Source: Sarea resinae (lineage: Eukaryota). Taken from it: 23,802 nucleotides of DNA. The position numbers and the translations under genes are program-made. Positions 20,621-23,802 of this stretch are shown here, one piece after another (the first letter of the stretch is position 1; each line of letters begins with the position of its first letter). Location: contig JAPEUD010000063.1 in the NCBI GenBank assembly GCA_026026165.1, positions 124,001 to 147,802 on the forward strand, read 5' to 3'. A model generated the notes under the pieces. It saw only the letters and a program-made list of their open reading frames with translations. It made no database searches and had not been told where the DNA came from.

Positions 20621-23403
20621 AAAGAAAGGAGAGAAGACAAAAAACCGCTCTAACAGCGCGACAGCACTGGCTAAGAACCAGGCCTAGTTAGGGACTACTG
20701 CTAGCGTGTGCAGGCCTTTCTTAAGCTGCTACTCTTCAGCTGCTATGTGACTAGGGGCTAGCCTAGCCGCGGCACTAAGGAGTTGTCAGTGCGCTATCGC
20801 AACAGCCTGCTACAGGATTGCAATGTCTACGTAGTAGATAGATTAGTTGTGCTAGTGACCCGCTACTATAAGAGCTAGGCCTAGTACAATACCCTAAAGG
20901 TAGTGCTGCGCTTCCTGCTGTAGCGAGTCAGCCAGCTTATAGTCGTCTACCTAGCCTACGTGCGGCCGTTCTACAGCCACCTGCAGACCGCGGTCAGCTT
21001 AGGGGGCGGGCTTGACAATGAATTTATCTAGGGCACAGCCGAAGGGCAGCTGTGGCTAACAGAGCGGCTGACCTAGGTCCTTAGCCGCGAGACATCCACG
21101 CGGTTAAAATGTCGGCTGACCACGCAGGACTATTAACATGTAGCGATCACAATCGGCTAGAAATTCGTGGGCAAGGAATTCGCTGCTAGCAAGGGGCGAG
21201 CGCTGCATTGTAGGGACAAGGCTAAGGATGTAGAGGAGCCGCAGCTTGAGCAGGAGGACAAACTCGAGCTGCAGACCAGGCACACTACTGCTATCAGGCA
21301 AATTCGATATAGCGTTTCTAGGGATATCGTCTAGAATCTCAGCGCGCGCTCTCTTAACGCGTTTAGCTAAGTGAGTCAGGCGTGGCACGCATTCCTACAG
21401 CTTGATAGTGGCAGCAGCCTAGCTAGTGCAGCGCAGCAGAGCGAGTCCTAGCCTAAGCTTAAGGGAAAGCTAAAGCGCAAGCAGGAAGCAGAGGAGGAGC
21501 AGCCGCTAGAGGAGGAGTAAGAGGAGAGAGAAGAAACAAGAGTTCTAGTGATAGGCTGTGGCTGCTGCAAGCGGTTTCGGCTGCTAGAGGATGATAATAG
21601 TTCGAGGCAAGAGATCAACGTCGACTTAGAGGAGGTTGTTACTAGCATGCAGCAATTGCTAGGGTTAAGTCAAGTAGAGTTTAAGTCGGCAGAGCAGCGC
21701 GTGGCATTGCAAGCGATCTTACAACATAAGACGCTGACTGTAGTAGTGCTGCCTACTAGAGGCAGGAAGAGCCTGCTGTTTATGCTGCTAGCTTAGCTCG
21801 AGCAACAGCGGCAGGAGAAAGGGCTGCAAGGGCCGCTAGTGACAGTAGTAGTAGTGCTGTTCTGCGCCCTAGTGAACGATCTAGTCAGCCGATTGCAGCG
21901 GGTCGGCATTAACAGTCTTAAGTAGAGGCACAGCGATAGCAGCTTCGCTGCAGTAGTAGTAGTCAGCGCTAATCTCGCTAGTGGGTCGGGTTTCTTAACA
22001 TACACCACAGCGCTGCAGCGGCACAGTCTGCTGCAGCGGATCGTCGTGGACGAGTGTCACCTGACGTTCACAGCTAACTATTACTGGCCGCGGCTCAACA
22101 ATCTCAAGCATCTGCAGACAATAATGTGCCTGATAATACTACTGACCGCGACATTGCCGCCTGCTCTAGAGCGAGAGCTAGCTGACAGCATGCTGATGCC
22201 AGTGGCGCGCTGCATTCGCGCTCGCACGATCTGGCCGCGCACCCGCTATCTAGTAGTGCGGTGCGAAGATAGCTAGCTGCTTGAGAGCGCAGCGCACCTC
22301 TATTGACAGCAGCTGCAGCAGCGACTGCAGCGGCAAGGGAAAGGGGTGATCTACTGCCAAACCTAGGCGGCGTGCAAGGCCTTGGCTGAGACTCTACAGT
22401 GCAGCCACTATCACTTGACATTAGAGGAGAAAGAGCGCCAGCTTAGGCAGTGGATGTCTAAAGAGGGCTGGATTGTCGCTACTAGCGCGCTTAGCACTAG
22501 GGTCGACTACAGCAGGATCTTAATGACGCTGCACATCAGGGTGCTGTATAGCATGATCGACTTCGCGCAGGAGTTAGGCCAGGCCAGGCGCGCTAGCAAG
22601 GACGTAGATGCTGTTATGCTTGTAGAGGCCGGCCAGCTCACAGCGGCGGCCGTCGTAGAGCGTACTGTTGACCAGCAGGCGATGTAGGAATTTATCACCA
22701 CTTAGGGCTGCCAGCAGCAGATTATGAGCGGCTACCTTGACAGAAAGGGGGTGCAGTGTAGCGAGGTCGACTAAGGCACAGCGGCGCAGTGCGATCGATG
22801 CGGCAAGGGCCTAACTGAGTGGCAGACCTGCGAGGCCAAAGCAGAGCGGCAGCAGGCCGTCGTCAAGCAGGCACTCGACTAGCTTAAAGGGCGGTGCGCT
22901 GTCTGCTAGGTGGCCGAGGGGCTCAAGGAAGGGGCTAGGCAGGCAGAGCGGTAGGAGCATAGCTAGCACCGATGCCTGCAGCAGGGTGCGCTTAGCAAGC
23001 AGGCTGTCAATAGCTTCTGACAGAAAATCCAGTTCTAAGAGGACTCAGAGGAGAAGACCCACAGCTGCTTTCGATGCGGCATCAGTTAGCGGTATTGCCG
23101 CACTAGAGTTGACACTCAGGCCAGCTGTTAGTAGCTGAATCAACTGGTGCCGATCGTGCGCACCGCTGCAGCTGACGCGGCAGCTAGCGCGAGAGGGTGG
23201 GAGCTGATTAGCAGGGCCGGATTTCTCGGCTAGCGAGGCGACCTCGAAGGATACAGCAAGTGGCTCAGGCAACAGCACATCTGGCCGGTGTAGGGAGAGT
23301 GGGTCAGCAACGCTATAGTGGTGATAATCGAAGTGATCCTGCACCTTTAGCAAGAGCTTGAGCGAGCCTAGACGTCGCTTGATGTCGCTGTTCGACGATT
23401 AAA

Positions 23404-23447
23404 CTTCTAGGCAGTCTAGAAGAAAAGATTGCTGGATTGTCTAGAAG
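23404..23447. repeat. 19-bp palindrome, copy 3 (23404-23422, one A/G mismatch) plus a degenerate fourth copy (23429-23447, 14/19)
   Basis: aaacttctaggcagtctagaagaaaag and ttgctggattgtctagaag read directly. Confidence 0.9.
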
Positions 23448-23802
23448 GAAAAAAACTCTCTGTGCGCTGCGCGCTCGCTCTGCCTGTCAGCTATTTGGCT
23501 GGCCAGGCCAGCCTAAACTAAGTAGCCTTGCAGCAGTAGGGTTGCCACTAGTTAGACGCGATAAAACATTGCCTCTAGTGCTCCTAGCCTTACCTCTGAC
23601 CCTCTATGCTGCGCTGGCGCTGCTCGCCTGCACTGCAGGCCGCGTTGCATCTTAGCTATTTAGCTGGCCTAGCCGGCGAAAACCACTAGCGCAAGTCAAA
23701 TATATAGGTGATTCCTCTATACACCTATATATATATAGACGCCTACTAAGAAAAGCGGTCTATTAAAATAGATTATTATTCTTTCATAGTGTAAGATTTG
23801 TA

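Larger units (their letters stand above)
18770..23371 (+). pseudogene. RIP-inactivated telomere-linked-helicase-type gene: DUF3505, tyrosine-recombinase-like domain, RecQ helicase, Cys/His Zn modules (start and stop approximate)
   Basis: All motifs lie in one frame (codon starts at position mod 3 = 2) with many TAG/TAA/TGA. These include YQVLIC..H..HL...H, VQTFF, W.SRT.W.AHL, FDSALVHFLAVL.ID, G*PSRGT (20756), Walker A LPTRGRKS (ancestral LPTGGGKS, ~21750), DECH (22049), LTATLPP, KGVIYC, WIVATSAL, DFAQE, C...IMSGYLD...CDRC, CAVC, CFRC and the terminal KWL...V*GEWVSNA. Confidence 0.93.
18398..23713 (+). mobile_element. RIP-degraded repeat unit carrying a TLH-type recombinase-helicase gene; boundaries proposed at the AGGTGATT direct repeats
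   Basis: TpA/CTAG-rich RIP signature begins at about 18410, which implies a multicopy sequence. Also degenerate direct repeats flanking the ORF, three copies of a 19-bp palindrome and AGGTGATT at 18398 and 23706. Mobility and exact ends are inferred. Confidence 0.55.

Noticed and set aside
21548..22687. Short + strand ORFs (21548-21796, 22046-22276, 22382-22687) as separate genes
   Set aside because: They are stop-free fragments of the single RIP-broken helicase frame.
18643..22708. Scattered TTAGGG words inside the RIPed region
   Set aside because: Expected by-products of TGG/CAG->TAG mutation, and not tandem.
18526..23422. Palindromic repeats as a CRISPR array, or as transposon TIRs
   Set aside because: Eukaryotic context and kilobase spacing rule out CRISPR. 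One copy is internal, flanks are in direct orientation and no DDE transposase motif is seen.
18398..23713. Helitron or Starship assignment
   Set aside because: The helicase is SF2 RecQ (DECH), not Pif1, and no HUH Rep motif is seen. The YR-like domain is fused to DUF3505 and RecQ rather than being a standalone DUF3435 captain.

Overview
Filamentous-ascomycete (Pezizomycotina-type) genomic DNA, judged from the short GT-AG introns with CTRAC/CTAAH branch sites, the gene families and the RIP signature. The left part (1-10.6 kb) holds ordinary genes: two small hydrophilic proteins, a DUF676 serine hydrolase, a REX3-like RNA exonuclease and an NCS1 purine-cytosine permease. The middle (12-17.2 kb) is a run of intronless accessory-type genes: SAM methyltransferase, a DUF3990/ADP-ribosyltransferase-like orphan with a duplicated 3' end, a Zn-ADH and an alpha/beta hydrolase. 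The right end (~18.4-23.7 kb) is a heavily RIP-mutated telomere-linked-helicase (TLH)-type unit: one frameshift-free frame of about 1,530 codons reading DUF3505, then a tyrosine-recombinase-like domain (R..K..Y[R]H..GH-x8-Y), a RecQ helicase and Zn-binding modules. The unit carries three copies of a 19-bp palindrome in the same codon phase, degenerate direct repeats on both sides of the ORF and an 8-bp boundary repeat. My best candidate for a novel system is that this unit is a self-mobilising recombinase-helicase element; this is inference from manual motif reading and needs HMM, structure and empty-site tests.
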